Shown: positions 9,884 to 20,647, numbered from the stretch's first letter. The stretch is DNA of 48,423 nt from an uncultured Porphyromonadaceae bacterium (GCA_902475285.1 CABRZA010000001.1:1-48423); one strand, 5' to 3'. Notes: generated from the sequence alone by a model not told the origin. Translations and numbers: made by a program.

Positions 9884-11536
9884 TCAGTCGGCGGCAGGCT
9901 GAACCACTTTGAGACGGTCGCCGGCATCGCGGACTATGGAGCGGAAATAACGCTCGTTATATCCGCCGAATACGGGCTGTACGGGCATTCCTTCGGGGGT
10001 GCGCTCGAAGGCGCCGTCCTTTTCTTTCTTGATGTTGCCGTCGAGATATTTCACCAGAAGATAGTCGCCGAGCTGCTTGTAGCGCTCGGTGGCAGTCTGT
10101 GCCAGTACGTCGGTGACATTGGTGAGAAGCTCGGCGGCCTGAGGATAGCCGAGGCCCGCCACCTGCTCCACGGCGTCGCGCGCGGCGGTCTCGCCGGCGC
10201 TTTCAAGGGCACTCTGCACGCGGCGTATGTCGGGTATCATCTGCGAATAGCGGTTGTAGGCCTGGTTGGCAACGTAGTTGTTGACCCAGAACATAGAGTC
10301 CCACGACAGGGTTAGAAGGTCGGCGGTTGCTGTGTCGAGCGATTTGGGCACACGCGTGCACGAGCTGAACACCGGCACATACACGCAGGTGTTGGCGTCG
10401 TCGACGCCGAACCACAGTATGCCCTTCATGGCATCGGGGCGCGAGGCGTCGAGGTCAGCCACGAATGAGAATCCCGTCTGCTGCGTGGCAATGGCGCGCT
10501 CGTGGGTATAGGTCTGCCCGTCGACCTCATACTCCATAGGGCGCCAGCGGTAGGGGCAGTCGAAGGGGCCGGCGCCTATGTCGTTTGTCATGTCGAGCAG
10601 CGTACCCTCGAAGTGGTCGCGCATCATGTCTTTGAGGTCGGCGGCGGTGAGCTTGCGCGCGGGCTCGACCCACAGCGGCAGCGGTTCGCCACGGCCTTCC
10701 ATAATCCATGGTATGTAGGCGTCCATCTGCCCCTCTGGGGCGAAACGGCGGAAATACGACCACACTCGTGCGTCGCAGCCTCGGAGGGCGCCGGCGTCGG
10801 TTATGGCGTAGGCGCGCGAGAAGTCGAAGTCCTCGTCCTTGCCCTTGTAGTAGCCCTGCTTGCGGGCAAAGTCGATCACATCCTTGCTGTAAAGGGTGTT
10901 GGGGTCGTCGAGGGGAAATTTGTGTATGCGCGAGTGGTTGGCGTGGCCGCTTATGCAGCCGTCGGGCACGCGCCGGGCCACCCATACGGCTCCGGGGTCA
11001 GTCTTGCCCTTGCCTATGAGCTCCATAATCCACACCTCGTTGGGGTCGGCGATGGAGAACGACTCACCCTCGGAGGCGTAGCCGTAGTCGGCCACGAGGC
11101 CCGTCATGATGTCGAGGGCCTCGCGGGCGGTGCGTGCGCGTTCGAGAGCTATATATATGAGCGAGCCGTAGTCGACGGTGCCGGAGCCTTCGAGCTCGGG
11201 ACGTCCGCCCCAGGTACTCTCGGCGATGGCCACGCCGTGGCAGTTCATGTTGCCGGTGGTGGTGAAGGTCTCCTCGGCCTGGGGAATGTCGCCGAGATAA
11301 CGGCCGGAATCCCAGTCGTGCACGGCACGCTTTGCGCCGGGCACCTGGCGGCCGCCGGGAGTGTGGTAGAGAGCGCCGTAGAGCGTGTGGCTGTCGGCGG
11401 CATAAGTTATCATCGAGCCCCCGCTTGCCGTGGCGCCGGGAGCGGCAATAAGACTTGTGCAAGCCATGGCGGCGGCGCCGCACGCCGACAGAACCAGGCT
11501 TACACCTAAACGCAAAATATTCATATTTCTAAGCAT
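9884..11536 (-). CDS. C69 family dipeptidase (exported Ntn-hydrolase)
   Basis: Signal peptide followed by CTSL nucleophile; ESTWGGR, LERARTAREA, GESFSIAD, WVARRVPD, MRDHFEG. Confidence 0.9.
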   Translation of the reverse strand: MLRNMNILRLGVSLVLSACGAAAMACTSLIAAPGATASGGSMITYAADSHTLYGALYHTPGGRQVPGAKRAVHDWDSGRYLGDIPQAEETFTTTGNMNCHGVAIAESTWGGRPELEGSGTVDYGSLIYIALERARTAREALDIMTGLVADYGYASEGESFSIADPNEVWIMELIGKGKTDPGAVWVARRVPDGCISGHANHSRIHKFPLDDPNTLYSKDVIDFARKQGYYKGKDEDFDFSRAYAITDAGALRGCDARVWSYFRRFAPEGQMDAYIPWIMEGRGEPLPLWVEPARKLTAADLKDMMRDHFEGTLLDMTNDIGAGPFDCPYRWRPMEYEVDGQTYTHERAIATQQTGFSFVADLDASRPDAMKGILWFGVDDANTCVYVPVFSSCTRVPKSLDTATADLLTLSWDSMFWVNNYVANQAYNRYSQMIPDIRRVQSALESAGETAARDAVEQVAGLGYPQAAELLTNVTDVLAQTATERYKQLGDYLLVKYLDGNIKKEKDGAFERTPEGMPVQPVFGGYNERYFRSIVRDAGDRLKVVQPAAD

Positions 11537-11578
11537 ACTAACATAACGTACCGTCTGCCTCTTATATTGTATGGCGCC

Positions 11579-14500
11579 CTACTCCACCCTTATCACTTTG
11601 TGGAGCAGAGGGTACCACAGGCGTCCGCACACGCGCCCGTAGCCGAGGCTGTGCATGAGCGATATATATTCCGACACCTGGCGGCGGTGGGAGGTCTTTA
11701 CTTCGGTGGTGAACTTGTAGTCGACCACGGTGACGGCGCCGTCGGGAGCTATCACCACGCGGTCGGGGCGCAACGAGCGGTCGGGCTCGTCGGGGTGAAC
11801 GGCGGGAGCGTAGATGGTGCGTTCGACGAGCACCTCGTTGCCGTCGGCAAACCAGGCCTTTACCTCGTCGCCACCGGCGGCAAAGGCCGCGGCGAGGTCT
11901 CGGCGGAAGGTGTCGAGCTCGGCCTCGCCGATGTTCTCTCGCGCGGCGTTCCAGCGCAGTGCCTCCTCGAGGTCGTCGATGACGAGGGTGTTGGCGAGAA
12001 CGGAATGGAGGACAGTGCCGCGGCGTGCGGCCTCGTCCATCTCGGGCGTGGAGGTGAATGGCGCCCGGGGGTCGACCACTTCGGCCGGCTGTTCGTTGCC
12101 GATGTCGACGTCGGCGGCAAGAAGGTCGTCGATGCACACGAGCTCGCGTGTGTCGTCGCGGAAAATCACGTTGTACACCCCTGCGTCGATGGCCGGCTCG
12201 GCAGCCTTGGCAGCGGAGGCCTTGGTGGGCGCGCCGAGGGTGAACTCGGCCGTGACGGGGTCGTAATGCCCGGCGAGCGATATGGTGTCGGGTGCCGGCA
12301 CGGTGTCGCTTTGCAGGCATCGGGCTATCTCGGCGCCCACCTCACGGCAGCCCATATACACTATCAGCTCGTGCTTGGCACGGGTATAGGCCACATAGGT
12401 GGCGTTGAGATTGTCGATGCGCTCGGCCTCTATCTCGGCGGTGACAAGCGGCGCCACGGGCGACTGCTCCGCGTCGGCGATCGGCGATGTGTTTGGCACG
12501 TCGACATAGAGCGCCGGCGGCACGCATTCCTTTCCGCGCAGCGGCCCGAAGGCGTCGAGGGGGAGCCACATGCGCGTGTTGCCGTGCTCGAGCTCCCAGT
12601 CGCCGAAGGGTATTATCACGCAGTCGCGACCCAGGCCCTTGGAGCGGTGTATGGTCATGGCCTCGACGGCGTCGATGTCGGCCGCGGCCTGGATTGCCCA
12701 CACATTGACGTTTCGCTCGTAGGCGTCGAGGAAGGAGGCCAGCGACGAGTCGGTGCTGTCGGCCATCCTCAGCGCCTGGTCCTGGAGGGCGGCGATGTAG
12801 GCATACTCGTTTCGGCGCTGTTCGGGGGGCAGCTTGGTCTGCGCCACGGCGTCGATGAGCGCCACTATGTTCGACGGATTCTTGGCGCGTATGGCGCGGA
12901 TTTCGTCGAGGAGGGCGTCGTTGTGGTTGCCGGTGTCGCGGAGGGCGGCCTCGAGGGCGTCGGCGCCTTCGCCGTCGAGAGTATTGGCGAAGTAATTGTA
13001 GCGCGTGATAAGGAGGGCCACGTCGGAGCGCGAGGAGTAGCGGCGCGCGCCGTCGTCGCCTTCGCGCGTCAGGGCCTTGGCGTGATACGAACGCCCCACG
13101 AGGTTGAGCAGACTTATGATGGTTCGCACGGCTGGGGAGTTGCTCAGCAGCAGGGCCTCCGACGAGAGCACCGGAATTTCCGGATGGCGCTCCACCATGA
13201 AGCGCACTATCTCCTTGATGTCGGTGTTGCTACGGGCGAGGATGAGGATGCGCCTCCATCCGTAGCCGTCGGCGTGCTGGCGGAGGATGTCCTGCGCCAT
13301 ACGCTCGAGCACTTCGGTGCGGTCGAATTTGTCGGGCAGGAGGGTGAGCCTCACATAGCCCGGCATATCTTCCTTGGCCACGCGCTGCACCACATTGGAA
13401 TAATAAGGAGTGTCGAACGAACGGCTCAGCAGGCTGAACAGGGTATTGTTGAAGCGCACTATCTCTGGCGCCGAGCGGTAGTTGGTGTTCTCCTCGGGCA
13501 CCGTGCCGCGCAGCTCGTTCTTGCCGGGGAAGTCGACGTTCTGCACCACATGTCCCAACAGGGCGCTGTCGCTGTTGCGGAAGCGGTAGATGGCCTGTTT
13601 CTCGTCGCCGATGATGAGATTGTCGTAGTCGTCGATACCGTTGGCCACCAAAGGCTTGAGGTTGCGCCACTGCATGGGTGAGGTGTCCTGGAACTCGTCG
13701 ATCATGATATTTTCGAGCAGCATGCCCAGCCGCTCGTATACGAATGGCGTGTCGGCCACGCCTATGATGCGCGAAAGGAGCTCGCCGGTGTCGCCGATGA
13801 GCATTATGTTGTTGTCGCGCAGGAGCGTCTGCATGGTCTCCTGCACCATGCCGATGAATTCCAGCTGCCCCACCGATTCCAGAAGGCAGGTGTAGATTTC
13901 TATCTGCGGCCTGGCCCTATGGTGCTCCTCGACGAAGCGTCGGCACAGCTCGGCGTACTCCTCGCGTGCGCCGGCCGAAAGTTCGGGAGTCTTCTTGCCT
14001 ATGAGCTGGCGGTCGGTGAGCTCGGAGGGGTCCTCGGTGAAGGCCTTGGTGGAAAGGTCGGAGCTGACAAGGCGTCCGCCCCTCGCCACTTTCTCGGCGC
14101 GGGGGTAGACCGACCCGCGCTCCGACATGGCATGCAGCCGGGCGAAATCGACAACGGCCTGGGCCGCGTCGACGTAGGGCTTGCGGTAGCCCGCTATGAT
14201 TTCTTTGAGGAGCTTCACGAACGCCTCGGGGCGGCTGGCGTCGAAGAGATAGTCGCGCAGGGGCTTGGCAATGGCGGCATAGTGCTCGTCGAGACACTTC
14301 TCCATGTTGCGGGTGAGGTCGGAGAGAAGCTTGCCCGAGCGGTCGAAATAATTGTAGCCCTGCCCTTCCTTCACAAGGTTGAGGGTGCGGTCGACGAGCC
14401 ATTGCTGCAGGCGCCCGGCGTAGGAGGGCGAATTGTAGTTGAAGTCGTCGAGCATCTGCGAGATACTGCGGCTTATCACGTCGCGGGTGTTGAGCTCTAC

Positions 14501-14947
14501 CTCGTAGTCTCCCTGGCGGTCGATTTCGCGCGCGAAGGTGCGGAGCACGGTCTGGAAGAACGAGTCGATGGTGCTCACGTTGAAGCCGCCGAAGTCGTAG
14601 AGCAGCTCGCCGAGGGCCCGGTCGGCCACCTCGCGCAGCTCCTCGCGCGTGCATGCGGCCACGCGGCAGAGGCTGTCGGCAATGCTGTCGGCGTCGCTGT
14701 GCCCGCAAGCTATGTCGTTGAGTGTGCCTATTATACGCTCCTTCATCTCCGCCGTGGCGGCATTGGTGAAGGTTATGGCCATAATCACGCGGTGGCGTCG
14801 CTGCCGGCGAGGGCCTTTGAGGCGCTTCTCGCTGTTTAGGACGTAGGTTCCGTCGGGCTGCTTCACGGTGAGCAGCGCCTTGAGATATTCGAGGGTGAGC
14901 CGGTAGGTCTTGCCCGAGCCGGCCGATGCCTTGTAGATGGTAAGCAT
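11579..14947 (-). CDS. UvrD-family helicase with C-terminal PD-(D/E)xK nuclease (AddA/RecB-like)
   Basis: ASAGSGKT, ITFTNAA, STIDSF, DEFQDTS, GDEKQAIYRFR, TIHRSKGL, YVAYTRA; nuclease RPDR...VDYK...QVSEY. Confidence 0.9.
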   Translation of the reverse strand: MLTIYKASAGSGKTYRLTLEYLKALLTVKQPDGTYVLNSEKRLKGPRRQRRHRVIMAITFTNAATAEMKERIIGTLNDIACGHSDADSIADSLCRVAACTREELREVADRALGELLYDFGGFNVSTIDSFFQTVLRTFAREIDRQGDYEVELNTRDVISRSISQMLDDFNYNSPSYAGRLQQWLVDRTLNLVKEGQGYNYFDRSGKLLSDLTRNMEKCLDEHYAAIAKPLRDYLFDASRPEAFVKLLKEIIAGYRKPYVDAAQAVVDFARLHAMSERGSVYPRAEKVARGGRLVSSDLSTKAFTEDPSELTDRQLIGKKTPELSAGAREEYAELCRRFVEEHHRARPQIEIYTCLLESVGQLEFIGMVQETMQTLLRDNNIMLIGDTGELLSRIIGVADTPFVYERLGMLLENIMIDEFQDTSPMQWRNLKPLVANGIDDYDNLIIGDEKQAIYRFRNSDSALLGHVVQNVDFPGKNELRGTVPEENTNYRSAPEIVRFNNTLFSLLSRSFDTPYYSNVVQRVAKEDMPGYVRLTLLPDKFDRTEVLERMAQDILRQHADGYGWRRILILARSNTDIKEIVRFMVERHPEIPVLSSEALLLSNSPAVRTIISLLNLVGRSYHAKALTREGDDGARRYSSRSDVALLITRYNYFANTLDGEGADALEAALRDTGNHNDALLDEIRAIRAKNPSNIVALIDAVAQTKLPPEQRRNEYAYIAALQDQALRMADSTDSSLASFLDAYERNVNVWAIQAAADIDAVEAMTIHRSKGLGRDCVIIPFGDWELEHGNTRMWLPLDAFGPLRGKECVPPALYVDVPNTSPIADAEQSPVAPLVTAEIEAERIDNLNATYVAYTRAKHELIVYMGCREVGAEIARCLQSDTVPAPDTISLAGHYDPVTAEFTLGAPTKASAAKAAEPAIDAGVYNVIFRDDTRELVCIDDLLAADVDIGNEQPAEVVDPRAPFTSTPEMDEAARRGTVLHSVLANTLVIDDLEEALRWNAARENIGEAELDTFRRDLAAAFAAGGDEVKAWFADGNEVLVERTIYAPAVHPDEPDRSLRPDRVVIAPDGAVTVVDYKFTTEVKTSHRRQVSEYISLMHSLGYGRVCGRLWYPLLHKVIRVE

Positions 14948-14959
14948 GGAGAAGGGGGG

Positions 14960-16351
14960 TCAGAAAGCGTTCTTCTCGCCCTTGACGGCGTTGATTACGG
15001 TGCGGGCCATAATCTTGAGGTCGAGAAGGAAGGTCCAGTTCTCGATATACCACACGTCGTGCTCAACGCGGCGCTCCATCTTCCACAGCTGGTCGGTGAG
15101 GCCGCGGTAGCCGTTGACCTGCGCCCAGCCGGTGATGCCCGGCTTCACGGCGTGGCGCACCATGTAGCGGTCGACAAGGCGCGTGTAGTCCTCGGTGTGC
15201 TTGAGCATGTGGGGGCGCGGCCCCACTATCGACATGTCGCCCTTCCATACGTTGATGAACTGGGGCAGCTCGTCGATCGACGTGCGCCGGAGGAAATCGC
15301 CCACGCGGGTCTTGCGCGGGTCGTTCTCGGTGGCCTGCGCGCGGTCGGCGTTGACATTCACCTTCATCGTGCGGAATTTAAGGCACTTGAACGACTTGCC
15401 AAGATAGCCCGTGCGGTCCTGCTTGAAATACACCGGCCCTGGCGACGACATTTTGATGGCTATTGCCACGGGGATGTAGACCAGGGGATAGAACACCAGG
15501 AAGACCGACGACACCACAAAGTCGAAGCTGCGCTTGATGGCCCTGTTGATCGGATTTTTCAGAGGATTTGCCATGGTGGAGAGCACAGGCATGGGGCCTA
15601 TGCTGTTGAGCTCCAGCCGGCGACTGAGGGTGGTGGGGATGCGGGGGACATAGTAGAAGTCGGCCACGTTGTCGTCGGCGATTTTTATCACCTCGGGCAG
15701 CGACTTGTGGTGACCGGTGAGAGTATAGTAGATTTGCCTCACGCGTTTTTCGGCCACGAAGGATGCGAGCTCGCTCATAGGGCGGGCCGTGCCGGTGAAC
15801 TCCTCGTGTGGATTGTCGTCGAAATAGGCCAGCACACGGTAGCCGAAGCCGGGGTCTTTCTCCATGTTCTCCACCAAGCGCGCGGCCGTGGGGCCCGTGC
15901 CGACAATCACGGTGCGGATGTAGTTGTAGCCTCTTCTACGGCGTCCCTTCACCCAGCTCATGCCCATGACATGGAACAGCGACAGCGACAGCGCCGCCAG
16001 GGTGAAAAGCAGGATATACACACGCCCGGCCATGGCGGGAATATGGAGGAATGTGGTGAGCGACAGGAACATAAAGGAGAACACCACCACCTCCATCAGA
16101 GCCGTGCGCAGTTCGCGGTCCATGCGTATGGCCCGGATTTCGTGATAGCGCCCGAGAGCCACCATCACCGACGGCACCAGCGACACTTCGAGAAGCACCC
16201 ACATCTCGCGTATGTAGCGCGGGCTTTCGAGAAGCATGGGGAAGATGAGCAGCGTGACGGCGAAGGCGATGTTCACCAGCACGATGTCGCCCAAGATGAG
16301 TATATGAGGAAGAAGACGACCGTTGCCGTTTGTCCGTTGGTTTTCTGTCAT
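14960..16351 (-). CDS. wcaJ: Undecaprenyl-phosphate sugar phosphotransferase (WcaJ-like priming glycosyltransferase)
   Basis: N-terminal TMs, [56 protein letters not shown]. Confidence 0.88.
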   Translation of the reverse strand: MTENQRTNGNGRLLPHILILGDIVLVNIAFAVTLLIFPMLLESPRYIREMWVLLEVSLVPSVMVALGRYHEIRAIRMDRELRTALMEVVVFSFMFLSLTTFLHIPAMAGRVYILLFTLAALSLSLFHVMGMSWVKGRRRRGYNYIRTVIVGTGPTAARLVENMEKDPGFGYRVLAYFDDNPHEEFTGTARPMSELASFVAEKRVRQIYYTLTGHHKSLPEVIKIADDNVADFYYVPRIPTTLSRRLELNSIGPMPVLSTMANPLKNPINRAIKRSFDFVVSSVFLVFYPLVYIPVAIAIKMSSPGPVYFKQDRTGYLGKSFKCLKFRTMKVNVNADRAQATENDPRKTRVGDFLRRTSIDELPQFINVWKGDMSIVGPRPHMLKHTEDYTRLVDRYMVRHAVKPGITGWAQVNGYRGLTDQLWKMERRVEHDVWYIENWTFLLDLKIMARTVINAVKGEKNAF

Positions 16352-16424
16352 CCGTTATGGTTTAGATAGGTAGGGGAGAGCGCGCCGGACGGCGTCCGGC
16401 GGCTCTTCATTTGTGGGCGGCGCC

Positions 16425-18353
16425 TCAGAGTTTGGCGTCGAGGAGGGCAATCTTGCCGGCGATTTCGTCGATGTCGGCCTTGAGGCGCTCTATGCGGCGC
16501 TCCATGTCGCGCACCAGCGAATCGCCGCTCTTCGACTTCGACGACAGGAAGCCGAGGTTGTTGGTGTAGGTGCGGAGCTCGTTGCGGCGGCTTTCGAGGG
16601 CACGGGCCAGACGCTCGCGCTCGCGGTAGAGTTTGTCGCTGTCGCCTTCGATGGCGGCGACGTTCTGCTCGAAACGCGCGCGGCGGCGGCGCTGCTCGGC
16701 GATGGCGTAGTGTTCGCGCACGGCGTCGATGGCGCTGCGGAAAGCCTCGAAGAGCTTGTCCTTCTCGCGGAAAGGAACATGCCCGGCCTCGTTCCAGCGC
16801 TCGCGAAGGGCGTTGAGCTGCGCCATGGCCTCTTCCTTGCCCAGTTCCTGCGAGAGCAGCCCCTGGAGCTCGCCTATAATCTCGCGCTTGGTGCGCAGAT
16901 TGGCGGCCTCGGCCTGACGTGTGCCGCTGCCGGCCTTCTTGCGGCGGTCGAAGAAGTAGTCGCATGCGGCGTTGAAGCGCTTCCACAGGTCGTCGCTGTA
17001 TTTCTTGGGTATTGCGCCTATGGTGCGCCATTCGCGCTGTATCTCGGTGAGACGGTCGGCGGTGGCACGCCAGTCGGTGCTCTCTTTGAGGCTTTCGGCC
17101 TCGGTCACGAGGCGTTCCTTGTGGGAGAGGTTGGTGCTGAGTTCCTCGCGGGTGTTGCGGAAGAATGTCGACTTGGCGGCGAAGAAGGCGTCGCAGGCAC
17201 GGCGGAAGCGGGCGAAAAGCACGCGGTTCATCTTCTTGGATGCGAAGCCCAGCGTGCGCCACTCGGCCTGGATGGCCACCACGGTCTTGGTCATTTCTTC
17301 CCAGGCGGCGAAAGTTTTGAGGGTGCTGAGGTCGAGGGCCTCGATGCGCTCGCAGAGCGCGGTCTTGGCGGCCTCGTTCTCGGCCTCGCGGGCCTTGCGG
17401 GCCATGAAGAATTCCTGATAGCGGCGGTTGACCTCGGCAGATGCCTCGCGGAAGTTGGCCCATATCTCCTCGCGCAGCTCCTTGGCCACGGGGCCTATGA
17501 GGCGCCACTTGTTGTGGAGTTCCTGAAGGCGGCGGTATGCGGTGATTACGTCTTCCTCGGCGGTAAGGGCGCGGGCCTCGGCGAGGAGCGCCTCCTTCTC
17601 GGCGAGATTTTTCTTGAAGTCGTAGTCGCGCAGCTCCTTGTTGATTTTCAGGTTGTCGGAATATCGCTCGCGGGCCTCCTGATAGCGCTTCCAGAGCTGT
17701 GTCTCGTACATGGGGTCGACGTCGCCGATGGCGTTGAACTGCTCCTGCAGCTCGCGGTAGAGGGGGAAGGTGCGGTTCACGTTGTCGGTGTCCTCGGCCA
17801 GGGCTATGATGCGGTCGATGATTTCGTTCTTTCGGGCGAGGTTTTCGGCACGCTGTGCTTCCTGCTCGGCCATCCATGCGGCTTTCTTGGCCTTGAGGCG
17901 GTCGACCAGGAGCATGAGCTCGTCGGGCTCGGCTGGGGCAGCGGCCTCGGGGGCGGCATTATCGACGGCGGCATCGACGTCGGCCACGCCGGCATCGGCG
18001 GCCTGCTCGATTTCGGCCGACTCGGCCTCGGCCCGGGCGGCGGCTTTCTCTCTATTGAGGAGCATGCAGTAGGCCTGACGCAAGCGGCGGATGTCGTCGG
18101 TGCTTATTTCGGCTATGTCGCGGGCCATCAGCTCGAGGGCGCGGGCCATGAGGCTCTCTTTTGTGGGGGCCTCGCTGTGGCGCTCGGCTTCCTCCTCGGA
18201 AGGCTCGGAGAGGTCGGAGATCTCGGATGCCTCTACACTTTCTGTGGCGGGAGCAGTGGCGGTGTCGTCCGCGGCCACGGGGGCCTCGGAGAGATTGGGA
18301 TTAGTTTCTTTAGCCTCCCCGCCGGGGGTCAAAGAAGGATCGTGCATGTCCAT
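16425..18353 (-). CDS. DUF349 domain coiled-coil protein
   Basis: Repeated units NL..K..L...AE.L, W..IG.V/I.K....LW.RF..A.D.FF; start MDMHD at 18353. Confidence 0.85.
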   Translation of the reverse strand: MDMHDPSLTPGGEAKETNPNLSEAPVAADDTATAPATESVEASEISDLSEPSEEEAERHSEAPTKESLMARALELMARDIAEISTDDIRRLRQAYCMLLNREKAAARAEAESAEIEQAADAGVADVDAAVDNAAPEAAAPAEPDELMLLVDRLKAKKAAWMAEQEAQRAENLARKNEIIDRIIALAEDTDNVNRTFPLYRELQEQFNAIGDVDPMYETQLWKRYQEARERYSDNLKINKELRDYDFKKNLAEKEALLAEARALTAEEDVITAYRRLQELHNKWRLIGPVAKELREEIWANFREASAEVNRRYQEFFMARKAREAENEAAKTALCERIEALDLSTLKTFAAWEEMTKTVVAIQAEWRTLGFASKKMNRVLFARFRRACDAFFAAKSTFFRNTREELSTNLSHKERLVTEAESLKESTDWRATADRLTEIQREWRTIGAIPKKYSDDLWKRFNAACDYFFDRRKKAGSGTRQAEAANLRTKREIIGELQGLLSQELGKEEAMAQLNALRERWNEAGHVPFREKDKLFEAFRSAIDAVREHYAIAEQRRRRARFEQNVAAIEGDSDKLYRERERLARALESRRNELRTYTNNLGFLSSKSKSGDSLVRDMERRIERLKADIDEIAGKIALLDAKL

Positions 18354-18521
18354 AATAGATGTTTTGAAAGGTTTAATTGACAAGATTGCCAAATGTCGGG
18401 CCAAAAATAATCAAAATTTTCCGAACGGACGCCATTTCAACAAAAAAAATTTCCCCGCCGGCCAAAAGTCACCTTCCGCCACACGCCCGTGGCAGAATTT
18501 CAAGCCCTAATGCAGGAAAAA

Positions 18522-18553
18522 TTTGGCCGTTTGGAGAAAATTCACTAACTTTG
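18522..18553 (+). promoter_or_regulatory. Bacteroidetes promoter for rpsF-rpsR-rplI
   Basis: TTTG 18522-18525, 20-nt spacer, TAACTTTG 18546-18553. Confidence 0.75.
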
Positions 18554-18603
18554 CGCCCGGAAAAATATTTTCCATTCCTAATCAATTAATTATCAACCCA
18601 ACA

Positions 18604-18969
18604 ATGCAGTACGAAACCGTTTTCATTTTAACTCCCGTTTTGTCTGATGTCCAGATGAAGGAAGCGGTAGAAAAGTTCGCTAAGGTGCTTACCGACAACG
18701 GCGCCGAAATCGTGAACACCGAAGAGTGGGGTCTGCGCAAGCTCGCCTATCCCATCCAGAAAAAATCGACAGGGTTCTACACCCTGGTGGAATTCAACGC
18801 CGATCCTCAGGTGATCCGCAAACTTGAGACAGCTTTCCGCCGCGACGAGCGCGTGCTCCGTTGGCTCACGTTCCGTCAGGACAAATACGCAGCAGAATAT
18901 GCCGCCAAGCGCCGCGCACGCCGCGCCGCTCAACCTCAAGTTGCACCCGTAGAAACCAAGGAGGACTAA
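18604..18969 (+). CDS. rpsF: 30S ribosomal protein S6
   Basis: [11 protein letters not shown]...[16 protein letters not shown]...RDERVLR. Confidence 0.97.
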   Translation: MQYETVFILTPVLSDVQMKEAVEKFAKVLTDNGAEIVNTEEWGLRKLAYPIQKKSTGFYTLVEFNADPQVIRKLETAFRRDERVLRWLTFRQDKYAAEYAAKRRARRAAQPQVAPVETKED

Positions 18970-18972
18970 ATC

Positions 18973-19242
18973 ATGGCACAAGCACAGTCTGAAATCCGCT
19001 ACCTCACTCCCATGTCGGTAGACGTGAAAAAGAAAAAATATTGCCGTTTCAAACGCTTCGGCATCAACTTCGTCGACTACAAGGACCCGGAATTCCTCAA
19101 AAAATTCCTCAACGAGCAGGGCAAAATCCTCCCCCGCCGCATCACCGGCACCTCGCTCAAATTCCAGCGTCGTGTGGCTCAGGCCGTTAAGCGCGCCCGT
19201 CACCTCGCCCTCCTTCCCTACGTGGCCGACCTCATGAAATAA
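18973..19242 (+). CDS. rpsR: 30S ribosomal protein S18
   Basis: [34 protein letters not shown]. Confidence 0.97.
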   Translation: MAQAQSEIRYLTPMSVDVKKKKYCRFKRFGINFVDYKDPEFLKKFLNEQGKILPRRITGTSLKFQRRVAQAVKRARHLALLPYVADLMK

Positions 19243-19262
19243 CCCTTTAAAGCCGAAACACT

Positions 19263-19706
19263 ATGAAACTTATTCTTAAAGAAGACGTTAGCGGTCTTGG
19301 CTACAAGGACGACGTCGTTACAGTGAAAGACGGCTACGGCCGCAACTTCCTCATCCCCACCGGCAAAGCAGTGGTGGCTACCGCATCGGCCCTCAAGGTT
19401 CTCGCCGAGAACCAGCGTCAGCGCGCTCACAAGCTCGCCAAAATCAAAGCCGACGCAGAAGCTCTCGCAGCACAACTCAAAGACGTGCAGCTCACCATCG
19501 GTGCCAAGACAAGCGCCACCGGCACTATCTTCGGCTCGGTCAACAGCATTCAGATTGCCGAAGCTCTCGAGAAGCTCGGTTTCAACGTCGACCGCAAAAT
19601 CATCGAGATTGCTCAGCCCGTCAAGGAAGTGGGCAACTACACCGCCGTGATCAAACTTCACAAGGAGGTCACCGTGGAAGTTCCCTTCGAAGTAGTGGCT
19701 GAATAA
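19263..19706 (+). CDS. rplI: 50S ribosomal protein L9
   Basis: MKLILKEDVSGLG..DDVVTVKDGYGRNFLIP, IFGSV. Confidence 0.97.
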   Translation: MKLILKEDVSGLGYKDDVVTVKDGYGRNFLIPTGKAVVATASALKVLAENQRQRAHKLAKIKADAEALAAQLKDVQLTIGAKTSATGTIFGSVNSIQIAEALEKLGFNVDRKIIEIAQPVKEVGNYTAVIKLHKEVTVEVPFEVVAE

Positions 19707-19724
19707 TCACCTCCCAACCCCACC

Positions 19725-19753
19725 ACGGCGGCCCCCAAGGCCGCCGTTTTTTT
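19725..19753 (+). terminator. Intrinsic terminator of rpsF-rpsR-rplI
   Basis: Stem ACGGCGGCC / GGCCGCCGT with 5-nt loop followed by a T-run. Confidence 0.88.
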
Positions 19754-19866
19754 GCACCCAAAGCCAGTAGGGCATAACATATCATCTTGTTGATTTTCAG
19801 CCACAAAGCAGGGGCTGAAAATCAACGTATACAATACATTGCGCCCCTACATCTGGCTGTTTGTGC
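19754..19866. repeat. REPIN-like nested inverted repeat (decayed GTAG-REP pair around a 14-bp perfect inverted repeat)
   Basis: GTTGATTTTCAGCC 19789-19802 / GGCTGAAAATCAAC 19813-19826; outer arms AGCCAGTAGGGC / GCCCCTACATCTGGCT; minus strand 19831-19850 reads GTAGGGGCGCAATGTATTGT, like the copies at 43815 and 48356. Confidence 0.65.
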
Positions 19867-19892
19867 GCGAATAGCGACACATCAGGCGCCGC

Positions 19893-20645
19893 CTATTTTA
19901 TAGGGAAAGCAAATGCGCGGATGGCGGCGCGGTATTGGGCTTCGCGGCCGCCGCAATAGGCGTTGCAAATGCGGTGGAAGGCCTCGGAATGGTTCATCTC
20001 CGACAGATGCGCCAGCTCATGGTAAATCACAGCATCGGCAAGCTCGAGAGGCAGAAATATAAGACGCGGACTGAGGGTGATTACGCCCTTCGACGAGCAG
20101 CACCCCAAGCGCGTGCGCGAATGCTTCACATCCCATATCACCGGAGCGTGGCCAACCTTCGCGGCGAGTTCGCGCGCATGGGGAAGCAGAAAAAGTCCCG
20201 TGGCCGAAAATGCCATCTCGCGCAGATAGCTGTGTATGGTGCTGTCGACCCAATGGTCGCCGAAGCCACGCTCGGCTATCACATTGGCCGCCACACGGAT
20301 AAGACCGTTGAAGAGCTTGCCGCGCTGCGGATGCACCGTCTCGGCCGACGACGTGATGCTGTTTTCCAGCCCGGAGTCGACGCGTATCTCGAAATCGGCG
20401 AAATTACCGTCGATGATACCCTCGGTATAGCGTGCCTGCGGTTTCAGACCGACGATATCGTCGCGGCGGCAGTTGAGGAAGGCGTTGTAGTCGGCCACCG
20501 GAAAATTTTTCGGCACAACAACCACTAATTCCGCGCCCTCCCAGTGGGCGGCTGCGCGGCGGCTGCGGGCGTTGACCTTCACCCTCACCACGCCGAACTG
20601 CGGATGACGGTAAGTGCAGCTTGCCACCACGAGATTTTCGGACAT
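19893..20645 (-). CDS. M48/YgjP-like (DUF45) zinc metallopeptidase family protein
   Basis: RTRLGCCSSKG.ITLS, AVIYHELAHLSEMNHS..FH; start MSENL at 20645. Confidence 0.8.
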   Translation of the reverse strand: MSENLVVASCTYRHPQFGVVRVKVNARSRRAAAHWEGAELVVVVPKNFPVADYNAFLNCRRDDIVGLKPQARYTEGIIDGNFADFEIRVDSGLENSITSSAETVHPQRGKLFNGLIRVAANVIAERGFGDHWVDSTIHSYLREMAFSATGLFLLPHARELAAKVGHAPVIWDVKHSRTRLGCCSSKGVITLSPRLIFLPLELADAVIYHELAHLSEMNHSEAFHRICNAYCGGREAQYRAAIRAFAFPIK

Positions 20646-20647
20646 TG

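Noticed and set aside
18559..18573. GGAAAA-ATA-TTTTCC hairpin in the rpsF 5' UTR as an S6:S18 autoregulatory leader
   Set aside because: Weak AT-rich stem; cannot be matched to a known leader without covariance search
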